Shown here: piece after piece, positions 26,982 to 34,886 of the stretch
Layout: each line of letters begins with the position of its first letter
Numbering within the stretch: the stretch's first letter is position 1
Source: Opitutales bacterium
GTDB lineage: Bacteria > Verrucomicrobiota > Verrucomicrobiia > Opitutales > JAKPNF01
Direction: 5' to 3'
DNA length: 39,096 bases
NCBI GenBank assembly: GCA_031556275.1
Contig: JAVBTG010000040.1
Location: forward strand, 1 to 39,096
Notes under the pieces: generated by a model
What the model was told of the DNA's origin: nothing
What the model saw: only the letters and a program-made list of their open reading frames with translations
Database searches by the model: none
Position numbers and translations under genes: made by a program

Positions 26982-28964
26982 TTATGGGGCGGTTTGCATC
27001 AAATTCTTCAAAAGCCTAATTTGCTTATCATCGGGATGTAAGGAGATTACTTTCAGTTTTTTGAAGCTAACTTTTTCAATCTGAGAGGCATGCCTGAGAC
27101 TTAGAATAAACGCGACTGCCTCATGCGAAAGATCGTCCAGTAGCTTAATTTTGCGCCCAAGAGTCGTCTTTTTGACTCTCATTTTATCAGCCATCGTGCG
27201 AATGCTTATATCCTCGCATCGCATCTTTTTCCTCCATTTCATAATTTGGTGCAGCCAGTGATGTTTAATCGGCCTTCCTTTCGCGTCAGATGAAGACATA
27301 TTTCCGTTCCCGCCGCCCTTGCATTTCAGATCGAAGGGAGCGTATATGTGCCACTGGGAATACCCCCGGGAATTATCGACGCTGAACAATACTTCCAGGT
27401 GTCCCAATGAGGCGTATTCGGGAGTGAAAATTACAGCGAGCATGAAATCCCGTTTGCCTTCGGATTCATTTCGCAGAACTAGGACAAGCTTTTTGACCGC
27501 ATGCCTCAATATTTCGCTGCGCTCTGAATCTTCCAAATGCTCTTGGAGGGCATCAAAATCCTGGAAGATCGCATTAATCTGAGACTGCCCAACCGTCTTA
27601 TCACAGCCAAGAAGTGTCTGTTCGGTTTCAATTTCCCTTAGGCGCATACTTAACCTTTCTATCTCATCGGACAATTTAGAAGCTCGAGCCCGCAATGCTT
27701 CTTTCATGACCGCATTGCCTTCAAATTCCGCCAACTCATCAATTAAATTCTGAAGCAAAGCATTGTTCCTCCCGCTTTCAGCTAAAAGTCCTTTTTTCTC
27801 TTCGGCAATTCGTTCTGGATATTCATCGCCGCCCTGTTTCAATCGCCGCCGATCAATATTCTTTGCGGCTATAAAGCCAAGCGCGGAAAAAATGACAGAC
27901 TCTATGATCTTTTTCCCAATCCTCGTTCTGCAGGCGCTCTGCGCATGAAACTTGTTCTTCGCGGAGCAGACATAGTACTGATAATGAGTGCCGTCTTTGC
28001 GTCGCTTCCCGGCGAACGAAGTGGTCATCATCGCCCCGCATGAACAGAACAAATATTTCTTCAACAAATGCGATCCTCTCATTCGGATATGCGAAATCTG
28101 GCAACGCTTCTGTCTCGCCAACTTTTCTTGGGTTCTTTCCCAAGCGGCACGGTCCACGAGTGCCTCATGCAACCCATCGTTGAGTTCCAATCCTTTTTCC
28201 GCAGACCACCAACAGACATAACCGGCATAAACGGGGTTTTGCAATATCTGACGGACATAATTTTCGCTGTAAGCACCACCTCCCATCGCCTCCTCTTTTC
28301 GTCCCTTTACGGTAGGCGTGGTTTTATATTTCTGCGCCATATGTGTCGCGATTTCCGAAGGACGCATCCCATCGGAAAATAATTGAAAAATCTCACGGAT
28401 ATGCACGGCCGCCGCCTCATCCACCACCAAAGTGCATTTCTTTTCGCCGCAAGCATACCCCGGAGGCGTTCTTCCACCCGTGCGATACCCTTGTTTGAAC
28501 AGTTCATACATTGCAATCGTTATACGTTGTACGATCTGTCCACGTTCTAGCTCTGCCATTCCCGCCATCATCGTGCGGATAAAACTACCAAAGGGAGAAT
28601 TATCCGGATTACAATCATTCGTGTAATGAACGCCGACACCGTAGCCTCGAATTATTTTCTCAAATTCAAAATAATCGAATTTATCGCGACTAATACGATC
28701 CAGTTTATAGCAAAGCACATAGGCAATATCCCCGTCTTGGACTCGCTTAAGCAGTGCCTGCATACCAGGTCGTCGCATATTACTTCCGGATGTTCCGGGA
28801 TCTGTGAACATTTCCACCAGTTCCATGCCCGGATGCGCCGCAACATATTGATGGATAATAGATTTCTGCGCCTCTATGGAGTCAAAGACCTTGCCTCGCA
28901 ACTGGAGATCCGTACTGACGCGCGCATAGCCAACAACCTTCAGGTTTCGTTTAACGACATTCAT
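26982..28964 (-). CDS. Large serine recombinase (resolvase + recombinase + Zn-ribbon + coiled coil + extra C-terminal HTH-like region)
   Basis: VGYARVST (catalytic Ser), RPGMQALL, DRISR, ILQNPVYAG, CSCG...YYVC...C; GGAGGT RBS upstream. Confidence 0.95.
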   Translation of the reverse strand: MNVVKRNLKVVGYARVSTDLQLRGKVFDSIEAQKSIIHQYVAAHPGMELVEMFTDPGTSGSNMRRPGMQALLKRVQDGDIAYVLCYKLDRISRDKFDYFEFEKIIRGYGVGVHYTNDCNPDNSPFGSFIRTMMAGMAELERGQIVQRITIAMYELFKQGYRTGGRTPPGYACGEKKCTLVVDEAAAVHIREIFQLFSDGMRPSEIATHMAQKYKTTPTVKGRKEEAMGGGAYSENYVRQILQNPVYAGYVCWWSAEKGLELNDGLHEALVDRAAWERTQEKLARQKRCQISHIRMRGSHLLKKYLFCSCGAMMTTSFAGKRRKDGTHYQYYVCSAKNKFHAQSACRTRIGKKIIESVIFSALGFIAAKNIDRRRLKQGGDEYPERIAEEKKGLLAESGRNNALLQNLIDELAEFEGNAVMKEALRARASKLSDEIERLSMRLREIETEQTLLGCDKTVGQSQINAIFQDFDALQEHLEDSERSEILRHAVKKLVLVLRNESEGKRDFMLAVIFTPEYASLGHLEVLFSVDNSRGYSQWHIYAPFDLKCKGGGNGNMSSSDAKGRPIKHHWLHQIMKWRKKMRCEDISIRTMADKMRVKKTTLGRKIKLLDDLSHEAVAFILSLRHASQIEKVSFKKLKVISLHPDDKQIRLLKNLMQTAP

Positions 28965-29124
28965 GGGTCACCTCCTTTGCTTGTGTAGCTTCGTGACATT
29001 TGACTTCTTGCGACTGCGCCCAGTCCCGACAACACCCCCTATCGCCCCTCGCATCTAACTCGCATCGACATACGCATATGGCCGTCAAGTAAACCGCCCG
29101 CGTGTTTCTTATTTTAGTTTTCAT
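28951..29124 (-). CDS. Small Cys-rich ORF (57 aa) overlapping the recombinase start
   Basis: GGAAGGGT-ATG; MKTKIRNTRAVYLTAICVCRCELDARGDRGCCRDW...; 14-nt overlap with the recombinase. Confidence 0.4.
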   Translation of the reverse strand: MKTKIRNTRAVYLTAICVCRCELDARGDRGCCRDWAQSQEVKCHEATQAKEVTHECR

Positions 29125-29686
29125 ACCCTTCCAGTATAGGGATGTCTCCAAAATTCATGGAAAACCAAGCCCTCTTCTCGCCCTTTTCGCCACATGAATT
29201 ACGCCTATTTCATTCTAAACCAACAAATTAATTCCTTTTTTCATTTCCTAGGGCTGTCGTCATGCTCACGACGCAAACGCCTGAATACTCCCCCCATTAG
29301 TTTATTGACGACGCCTTTCATATAGTTCGCCCGACGAAGCAATATCTCCACAAATACGCACGCCCAAAGGCTGCAAGTTGTCCTCATTCGCCCAGTATAA
29401 GCATGCTCAAAAATTGGGTTGGGGAGCAAGAGGATATGGATCGTAGGCTATCCCCTTCCATAAAGTACTGTCGCGCACAGCGATTCATGGCTTTTTATAT
29501 TCGTCGACCATCATATTTCATTAAAAATCAATTACAGACGCTCGATATAGCCATGTGTCGCTTGAGACATATTTAATGCATGAAAACAACAATAATCCTC
29601 GATAACCGATCGGCTACTGGAACAGGCGCATAAGTTCGCCAGGATACAATCGCATTCCGGTCTCATCAACGAAACGCTACGAATTC

Positions 29687-29736
29687 TTGTAAAAAGGAAG
29701 CCAATTCTTTACAAAAACAAAATAAATTCATATCGT
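29687..29736 (+). promoter_or_regulatory. Putative promoter of the 241-aa gene with an inverted repeat over the -35
   Basis: TTTACA(29708)-17 nt-TATCGT(29731); TTGTAAA(29687-29693)/TTTACAA(29708-29714) dyad. Confidence 0.5.
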
Positions 29737-29766
29737 TAAATGAGGATACATTAACTGTATTACGAA

Positions 29767-30492
29767 ATGAATCTTGCATCTAGACTTTATAACTTACTTA
29801 AAAAATTTGAAACCATTCCTGCGAACATGCGGTTTCGGCAGGCAATCAGTCAAATATTTTCCATCCCCGATCAAAAGTCACCTGAGATTTTTCGATCTTA
29901 TGTCAGCATCATCAATCTTTCTCTAGAAGTCAAAGATCGTTTGAATGCTATCCCCGACATAAATATAGGGCTGTACGAAAAATCGCTAAACGAAATAGAA
30001 AAACATTTGGCTGCTTTTAACATAGAAAAAGATCTCGATGCGTTTAAAGGTGGCCTAAAGAACGAAAACTTCCTGGGTCTTGAGTTCATAAGTGACAAAT
30101 TTGATGAAGTTGAAAAAGAAGAGGAAATTAATGAAGAAGATTTGAAAAAACTTGAGATCCAAATCGATGATTTGATTGAAACAGTAAAAAATGCAAATAC
30201 ATCTCCCGACTTTATTCAATTTTTAGTATCCCACCTTTTCGCAATCAAAATATCAGTACAAAACTATCGTTTTTTTGGAGCTGTCGGAATCCAAACCGCC
30301 ATGGCACGAGTAATCGGAGAAGTATTCCTAGATCCTAGAGGGGCAACAACAGATGAAAAAAAGCAATCTCTCGTGCGCAAAGTATTCGACACAATTAAAG
30401 ATGCGAACACTTTAATCAGTTTCGTAAGGAATGGTGTCCACGCTATTAAAGCGCTCCCGCTCGATGCCATCTCAAAATTAATGGGAGAGTAA
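29767..30492 (+). CDS. Hypothetical alpha-helical protein (241 aa), island cargo
   Basis: Long ORF in AT-rich DNA with its own promoter; acidic coiled-coil-like middle; no motif recognised. Confidence 0.85.
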   Translation: MNLASRLYNLLKKFETIPANMRFRQAISQIFSIPDQKSPEIFRSYVSIINLSLEVKDRLNAIPDINIGLYEKSLNEIEKHLAAFNIEKDLDAFKGGLKNENFLGLEFISDKFDEVEKEEEINEEDLKKLEIQIDDLIETVKNANTSPDFIQFLVSHLFAIKISVQNYRFFGAVGIQTAMARVIGEVFLDPRGATTDEKKQSLVRKVFDTIKDANTLISFVRNGVHAIKALPLDAISKLMGE

Positions 30493-30532
30493 CTCCATTC
30501 CTACTATTGTATCGTAATACCTATTTATTTCC

Positions 30533-32530
30533 TTAGGTGTTCTCGTTCGATTCGTCTACATCCTGTCCATCGCAATCAATGACGGGGATGAATTTTGCGT
30601 GAACTTTCTCCAAATAAGGGCGAGAAGTATCCCGCGTGGCCTCATAATTTAACGATTGATTGATAAATTGAAGTCGAACGCGGGCTTTGGAGATTATTTC
30701 GGTCCATGTAAATCCCCAGACTTGAATGTTTGATTTTCCGTCATCGTATATCAATCCGGAGGGTTTATTTCGTTCATTACATTTTCGCTTCGCGTACTCA
30801 TCCATTTCATTTGACACAACAATAAATTTCCAACGAGTTTTCTCAGAGAGAAAACGAGGATCCGCAGCAACAGCAATCGCATAGCTTTCCACTTGAGACA
30901 GTATTGTGGAATTAATCTTCTGGGCCGGCCGTTTTAGCTCCACCACCAGATGATCATATTCGTCGTGCCGAGGTTTATTGGCACGGCTAAGCATTAAATC
31001 AATGCGTCCCTGCTTCCCACCTTCACGCTCCACAGGACTATCATCATCACATCGTTTCCCTAATTCTTCCAGATGAAACGCAAGCACTTCTTCTAGACGC
31101 TGTTCACTCCCGGCTAAAGCGAATTCTTCATCGAAAATCCATGCTTCTTTTTCTAGAATTTTATGTAATTGATCTCTCTCCAATAGCGATTTTTTTGTCT
31201 CTGAGTCGAAGAGCAAATTTTCCAGAGCAGTAAGAAAATTCAATCTATTCGCTACAATTTTAGCTGAACTAATGATATTTGAAAGAGGAGTACTCATCAT
31301 TAATTCAGCCAAGTCATCTTGCTCTTCTTTTTTAAGATTGAGCACTTCTGTAATAATTTGCTGAACCGATGCTGGGTTTTCTTTAATAGCTTGTGCCAAC
31401 AACCGAAATACGAACCTCTTTGATTGAGAATCTGAATTTTCAAACGATGGCAAATATTCCTCTAAATTCACTGCTAGGATGTCAAATACCTGACGCTCGA
31501 CGATTTCAATAGGATCAATTATCGCTTTGTTTTCAAAAGGATAAATTTCCTCCTGCTTCCAACGTTCAACAATTTGACTCTGCTGGTCAGCTAGACGCTT
31601 GCGGAAATATCCACGAACTTCTTTTTTCGCTATTTTAATAATTTCCTTAACGTCTTCATTAAGTTCATCGAAAATCAGTAAATTTTCCCGATCAAGTTCT
31701 TTGAAATGATCGCACTTGATGTAAACAGTAAAATTAAATCCTGGAGCATGAATTTTGACGCCTGAACCGGCTTCATGCAGTGAAACACCGTCTGCATCAC
31801 AAAGATGTAACTCGCGATCAGTTGGCATTGCCCATTCGACAATAGTTATCACCGCTGAAACAACTTTTCCACTGGGCAATGTAATCGCCCCCAGCAAAAT
31901 ATCATGCTTCACATCTTGATAAATGTTCGGGTCAATCTTGTCGCCGCAGTAATATATAGTTACATCGGGATATTGACTCAAATATGGAGCAAATATCTTG
32001 GCAAACTCCGTCCGAGCTTCTTCGTCCACCAAAGAAGGATGGTTTTTTTGAATATTTGAGATGGTAACCGTTGTTCCTGTATTTTTAGTATCTACCTTGG
32101 CAGGAGAAGACGAAGACATACTCTCAAGCGAACCACCGTCTCCTTGTATCGTATATTGCATAATGGAGCCATCGCTGCCTTTAAAGGATGTTGCCCATTT
32201 CACTCGGCTTCCAAGCGAAAATGCTTTAAAACGACCTTGTCCGCTTTTGCCGTGTAAAGATCGCCCATTTGAACGATTCTTAGTCTTTTTCCAAGAAGAT
32301 CCCAAGTTCCCAAATAATATCTCAATATCCGCATGTTCAATACCAGAACCATTATCAGAAATACAAATAGTCTCTGGAGCTCCAAGCGCATTCAGCCCCA
32401 CATCAACTCGTATTTCTGTCGCTCCCGCGTCTAGCCCATTCCAAATCAACTCCGATACTGCTTTGACTGGAGCTGCAATAGCAAGTCTCTCAAGAAAATC
32501 GCCTTTGGCTGAAATGGGGATTTTTTTCAT
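30533..32530 (-). CDS. GHKL (MORC/MutL-like HATPase) ATPase fused to a C-terminal PD-(D/E)XK nuclease
   Basis: ELIWNGLDA (N box), ISDNGSGI (G1), HGKSGQGRFKAF (G2), TGTTV; helical linker; ER.QLH.ILEKEAWIF, RIDLML...HLVVELKRP. Confidence 0.85.
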   Translation of the reverse strand: MKKIPISAKGDFLERLAIAAPVKAVSELIWNGLDAGATEIRVDVGLNALGAPETICISDNGSGIEHADIEILFGNLGSSWKKTKNRSNGRSLHGKSGQGRFKAFSLGSRVKWATSFKGSDGSIMQYTIQGDGGSLESMSSSSPAKVDTKNTGTTVTISNIQKNHPSLVDEEARTEFAKIFAPYLSQYPDVTIYYCGDKIDPNIYQDVKHDILLGAITLPSGKVVSAVITIVEWAMPTDRELHLCDADGVSLHEAGSGVKIHAPGFNFTVYIKCDHFKELDRENLLIFDELNEDVKEIIKIAKKEVRGYFRKRLADQQSQIVERWKQEEIYPFENKAIIDPIEIVERQVFDILAVNLEEYLPSFENSDSQSKRFVFRLLAQAIKENPASVQQIITEVLNLKKEEQDDLAELMMSTPLSNIISSAKIVANRLNFLTALENLLFDSETKKSLLERDQLHKILEKEAWIFDEEFALAGSEQRLEEVLAFHLEELGKRCDDDSPVEREGGKQGRIDLMLSRANKPRHDEYDHLVVELKRPAQKINSTILSQVESYAIAVAADPRFLSEKTRWKFIVVSNEMDEYAKRKCNERNKPSGLIYDDGKSNIQVWGFTWTEIISKARVRLQFINQSLNYEATRDTSRPYLEKVHAKFIPVIDCDGQDVDESNENT

Positions 32531-32742
32531 ACAAAAAAGTGTGAGCATCCCCAAAAAATTAGTCCAGATCTAATGCCGGCGCCTGTTTGAGGGGCGGGTC
32601 CCCCTGAATATCCTGGGACATAGCTAAAGTAAAATGGATGCGTCACTTGGGCATTTGATCAAAGTGTTTGATTGAACATACACAAAAGTTGAATTACTGT
32701 GTGGGAATATTTCAGATAGCCCTCGCTCTTTCTTTTAAAAGA

Positions 32743-32806
32743 TTACCGGACGGGAATAATTCACTTGAAATCTAGGCGAAGATCAATGAATATACCCGAA
32801 CGGTAA
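32743..32806. promoter_or_regulatory. Pair of palindromic operators upstream of hipB
   Basis: TTACCGGACGGGAA (32743-32756) and TACCCGAACGGTAA (32793-32806), consensus TTACCGnnCGGTAA, flanking TTGAAA at 32765. Confidence 0.65.
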
Positions 32807-32822
32807 CATTTTAACAAAAACA

Positions 32823-33050
32823 ATGAAACTGACGACACAAAAGATCGGCCTCTTGATCCGCAAGACCCGTAAGGATCAAGGGCTCACCCAGCAGGATTTG
32901 GCGCTGGCGTGCGGGACTGGGCTACGTTTCATTATTGATTTGGAAAAAGGAAAACCCTCATGTGAATTTGCGAAAGCTTTGCACGTCATTCAAACTTTAG
33001 GTATCCACGTCACACTCACTACCCCGGTAATCCCCACAGAGGATAAATAG
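32823..33050 (+). CDS. hipB: HipB-like XRE HTH antitoxin (y4mF type)
   Basis: IRKTRKDQGLTQQDLALACGTGLRFIIDLEKGKPSC; directly upstream of hipA. Confidence 0.9.
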   Translation: MKLTTQKIGLLIRKTRKDQGLTQQDLALACGTGLRFIIDLEKGKPSCEFAKALHVIQTLGIHVTLTTPVIPTEDK

Positions 33051-33052
33051 CC

Positions 33053-34315
33053 ATGAAACGCACGTTAAACGTCTATTTGGATACCGCCCTTGTAGGCCAA
33101 CTCTCCCAAGACAATGAGGGGCGAATGCGTTTTGCCTACAATGAAAAATGGCTTACCTACCCCAATGCCATTGCCCTATCTCAATCACTGCCGTTGAGGG
33201 CTTCTCGTTTTACGCCCAAAGAATGCAAAGGCTTCTTTGATGGAATTCTGCCCGAACAGAAAAACAGGGAGCTTATTGCAAAGATATTGGGAGTCAGCCC
33301 GAATAATGACTATGCGATGCTCGAGCAAATTGGCGGCGAATGTGCGGGTGCCGTGAGTTTTTTACCACCCGATGTACCCTTTCCCGCAAAGGAATACGCC
33401 TACCATTCACTATCCGAAAAAGAGCTGGTCAGCATCATTGGGCGGCTGCCAAACGAGCCATTGCTCGCAGGCGAGCCCGGCATTCGACTGTCGCTTGCGG
33501 GCGCTCAAAATAAAATAGCAGTCCATGTGGACGCCAAAGGAAAGATCGCCCTGCCCCTCAACGGCGCTCCCAGCACGCACATTTTAAAACCGGCCATTGG
33601 GCATTTCCCAAACATCGTCAGCAACGAGGCGCTCTGCCTTGAACTTGCAAACGCCGTCGGCATTCCCGCGGCAAACGCCCAAGTCGGTTCCGCCGGCGGA
33701 AAAAAATACCTCTTGGTTCAACGCTACGATCGCCTCCCAGATGCCAATCTCCCCTATCCCAAACGCCTCCACCAGGAAGACTTCTGCCAAGCCCTCGGCA
33801 TTTCATCTGAACACAAATATCAGCTCGAAGGCGGCCCAAGTTTAAAACAATCCTTCGAGTTGCTACGAAACGCGTCAACCTTGCCCGCCCGCGATATCCA
33901 GCGTCTATTCAATCTGGTCATTTTTAACACCATCATCGGCAATCATGACGCGCACGGGAAAAATTTCTCCCTGCTCTATTCCAAGGGCAGCACACGCCTT
34001 GCCCCCGCCTATGACGTTCTCTCAACCGTTTACTATCCCCAACTAACCGCCAAGATGGCCATGCGCATCGGCAAAACCTATGAATCCGTCCATTTGCGCC
34101 TATCCGATTTCGAGCAATTTGCCGACGAAGCCGGGCTGTCCGCTTCAGCAATTGCCAAACATATCGCCGCTCTCGCCGAAGAAATACGAGCGGAACTGCC
34201 CGTTTTAAAAAAGAAATATGCCGAAGTCGCCGACCTAATCAAACTCATCGACGAACGTGCCATCTCCTTCATTCATCGAATGCAAATCAAGCAGGGAATT
34301 TCATTCACACGCTAG
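33053..34315 (+). CDS. hipA: HipA-family Ser/Thr kinase toxin
   Basis: LSQSLP N-domain, SLAGAQNK P-loop, HILKP, HQEDFCQALG, GNHDAHGKNFS, LAPAYD. Confidence 0.96.
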   Translation: MKRTLNVYLDTALVGQLSQDNEGRMRFAYNEKWLTYPNAIALSQSLPLRASRFTPKECKGFFDGILPEQKNRELIAKILGVSPNNDYAMLEQIGGECAGAVSFLPPDVPFPAKEYAYHSLSEKELVSIIGRLPNEPLLAGEPGIRLSLAGAQNKIAVHVDAKGKIALPLNGAPSTHILKPAIGHFPNIVSNEALCLELANAVGIPAANAQVGSAGGKKYLLVQRYDRLPDANLPYPKRLHQEDFCQALGISSEHKYQLEGGPSLKQSFELLRNASTLPARDIQRLFNLVIFNTIIGNHDAHGKNFSLLYSKGSTRLAPAYDVLSTVYYPQLTAKMAMRIGKTYESVHLRLSDFEQFADEAGLSASAIAKHIAALAEEIRAELPVLKKKYAEVADLIKLIDERAISFIHRMQIKQGISFTR

Positions 34316-34335
34316 TTACGGTGAAATATATGGGA

Positions 34336-34451
34336 TTAGGGCCCTCCAATTGCAATGAGGATTGAACTTCACTCGCCTGTGTTAACGCTAAATATCTGCC
34401 CGTTGCTAAATCAATTAATTGGTCCCAGAATCATCAAATTGATGGCCCTAA
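34336..34451. repeat. Imperfect inverted repeat pair, possible MITE
   Basis: TTAGGGCCCTCCAATT ... AATTGATGGCCCTAA. Confidence 0.4.
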
Positions 34452-34464
34452 GCTCTAAAAAAGG

Positions 34465-34544
34465 AGTCTCATTTTTGCGTTTCAGCAAGAATGAAACGTT
34501 TCAATTTTCACCATATTTCGGGTTTATGGAGCAAAAATGAGACT
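34465..34544. repeat. Perfect 14-bp inverted repeat with 52-nt spacer
   Basis: AGTCTCATTTTTGC (34465-34478) / GCAAAAATGAGACT (34531-34544). Confidence 0.75.
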
Positions 34545-34645
34545 GGGGCGTGAAAGCCAAATATCCAAAATCCGGCATGTGTCTATCTTGGCGGGAAAGA
34601 TGAATAATTTTCAAAATCACAGCTCACAAACCTTAGCGAGAGACA

Positions 34646-34725
34646 TCGGGCAACCACTTTCCGAAAGCCCTGTTTTCCCTCTGAAACCGGGGCTTTTTTG
34701 TGGTTGGCCGACTGGGGATTGGGAT
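34646..34725. repeat. attR-like tRNA-Gln 3'-end copy 1 within a hairpin/terminator
   Basis: TCGGGCAACCACTT versus tRNA TCGGACAACCACTT; AAAGCCC..GGGCTTTTTT; then antisense arm GTGGTTGGCCGACT. Confidence 0.75.
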
Positions 34726-34773
34726 AAATGGCGCCAGTCATTTACCCGCAGGGCGAGCGCATAGCGCGCGTCC

Positions 34774-34850
34774 AATCCATACTAAGGACAACCACTTTGA
34801 AAAGCCTTCCATTTGGAGGGCTTTTTTGTGGTTGGATGACCAGACTGGGA
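34774..34850. repeat. attR-like tRNA-Gln 3'-end copy 2 within a hairpin/terminator
   Basis: GGACAACCACTT exact (34786-34797) preceded by AATCC; AAAGCCTTCC..GGAGGGCTTTTTT; then GTGGTTG. Confidence 0.75.
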
Positions 34851-34851
34851 T

Positions 34852-34886
34852 AAAAAAGCCGCAAATTGAAAAATTTGCGGCTTTTT
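34852..34886. terminator. Bidirectional terminator, probably ending the GH13 transcript
   Basis: AAAAAAGCCGCAAATT-GAA-AAATTTGCGGCTTTTT. Confidence 0.85.

Larger units (their letters stand above)
26784..34850. mobile_element. Genomic island of about 8 kb integrated at the tRNA-Gln 3' end
   Basis: Abrupt AT-richer composition; recombinase next to the tRNA; tRNA-end repeats at 34646-34659 (13/14) and 34786-34797 (12/12); TA and defence-type cargo. Confidence 0.88.

Noticed and set aside
32559-32655. attC-like site or riboswitch upstream of the GHKL-nuclease gene
   Set aside because: Ends (GCCCAAG/ATTAGAT) deviate from RYYYAAC/GTTRRRY, internal pairing is poor and no known aptamer motif is visible.
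26982-34315. Prophage or ICE
   Set aside because: No structural, replication, relaxase or T4SS genes between the att-like repeats.
34465-34544. Retron msr-msd a1/a2 repeats or DGR element
   Set aside because: No reverse transcriptase in the window and no template/variable repeat pair seen.
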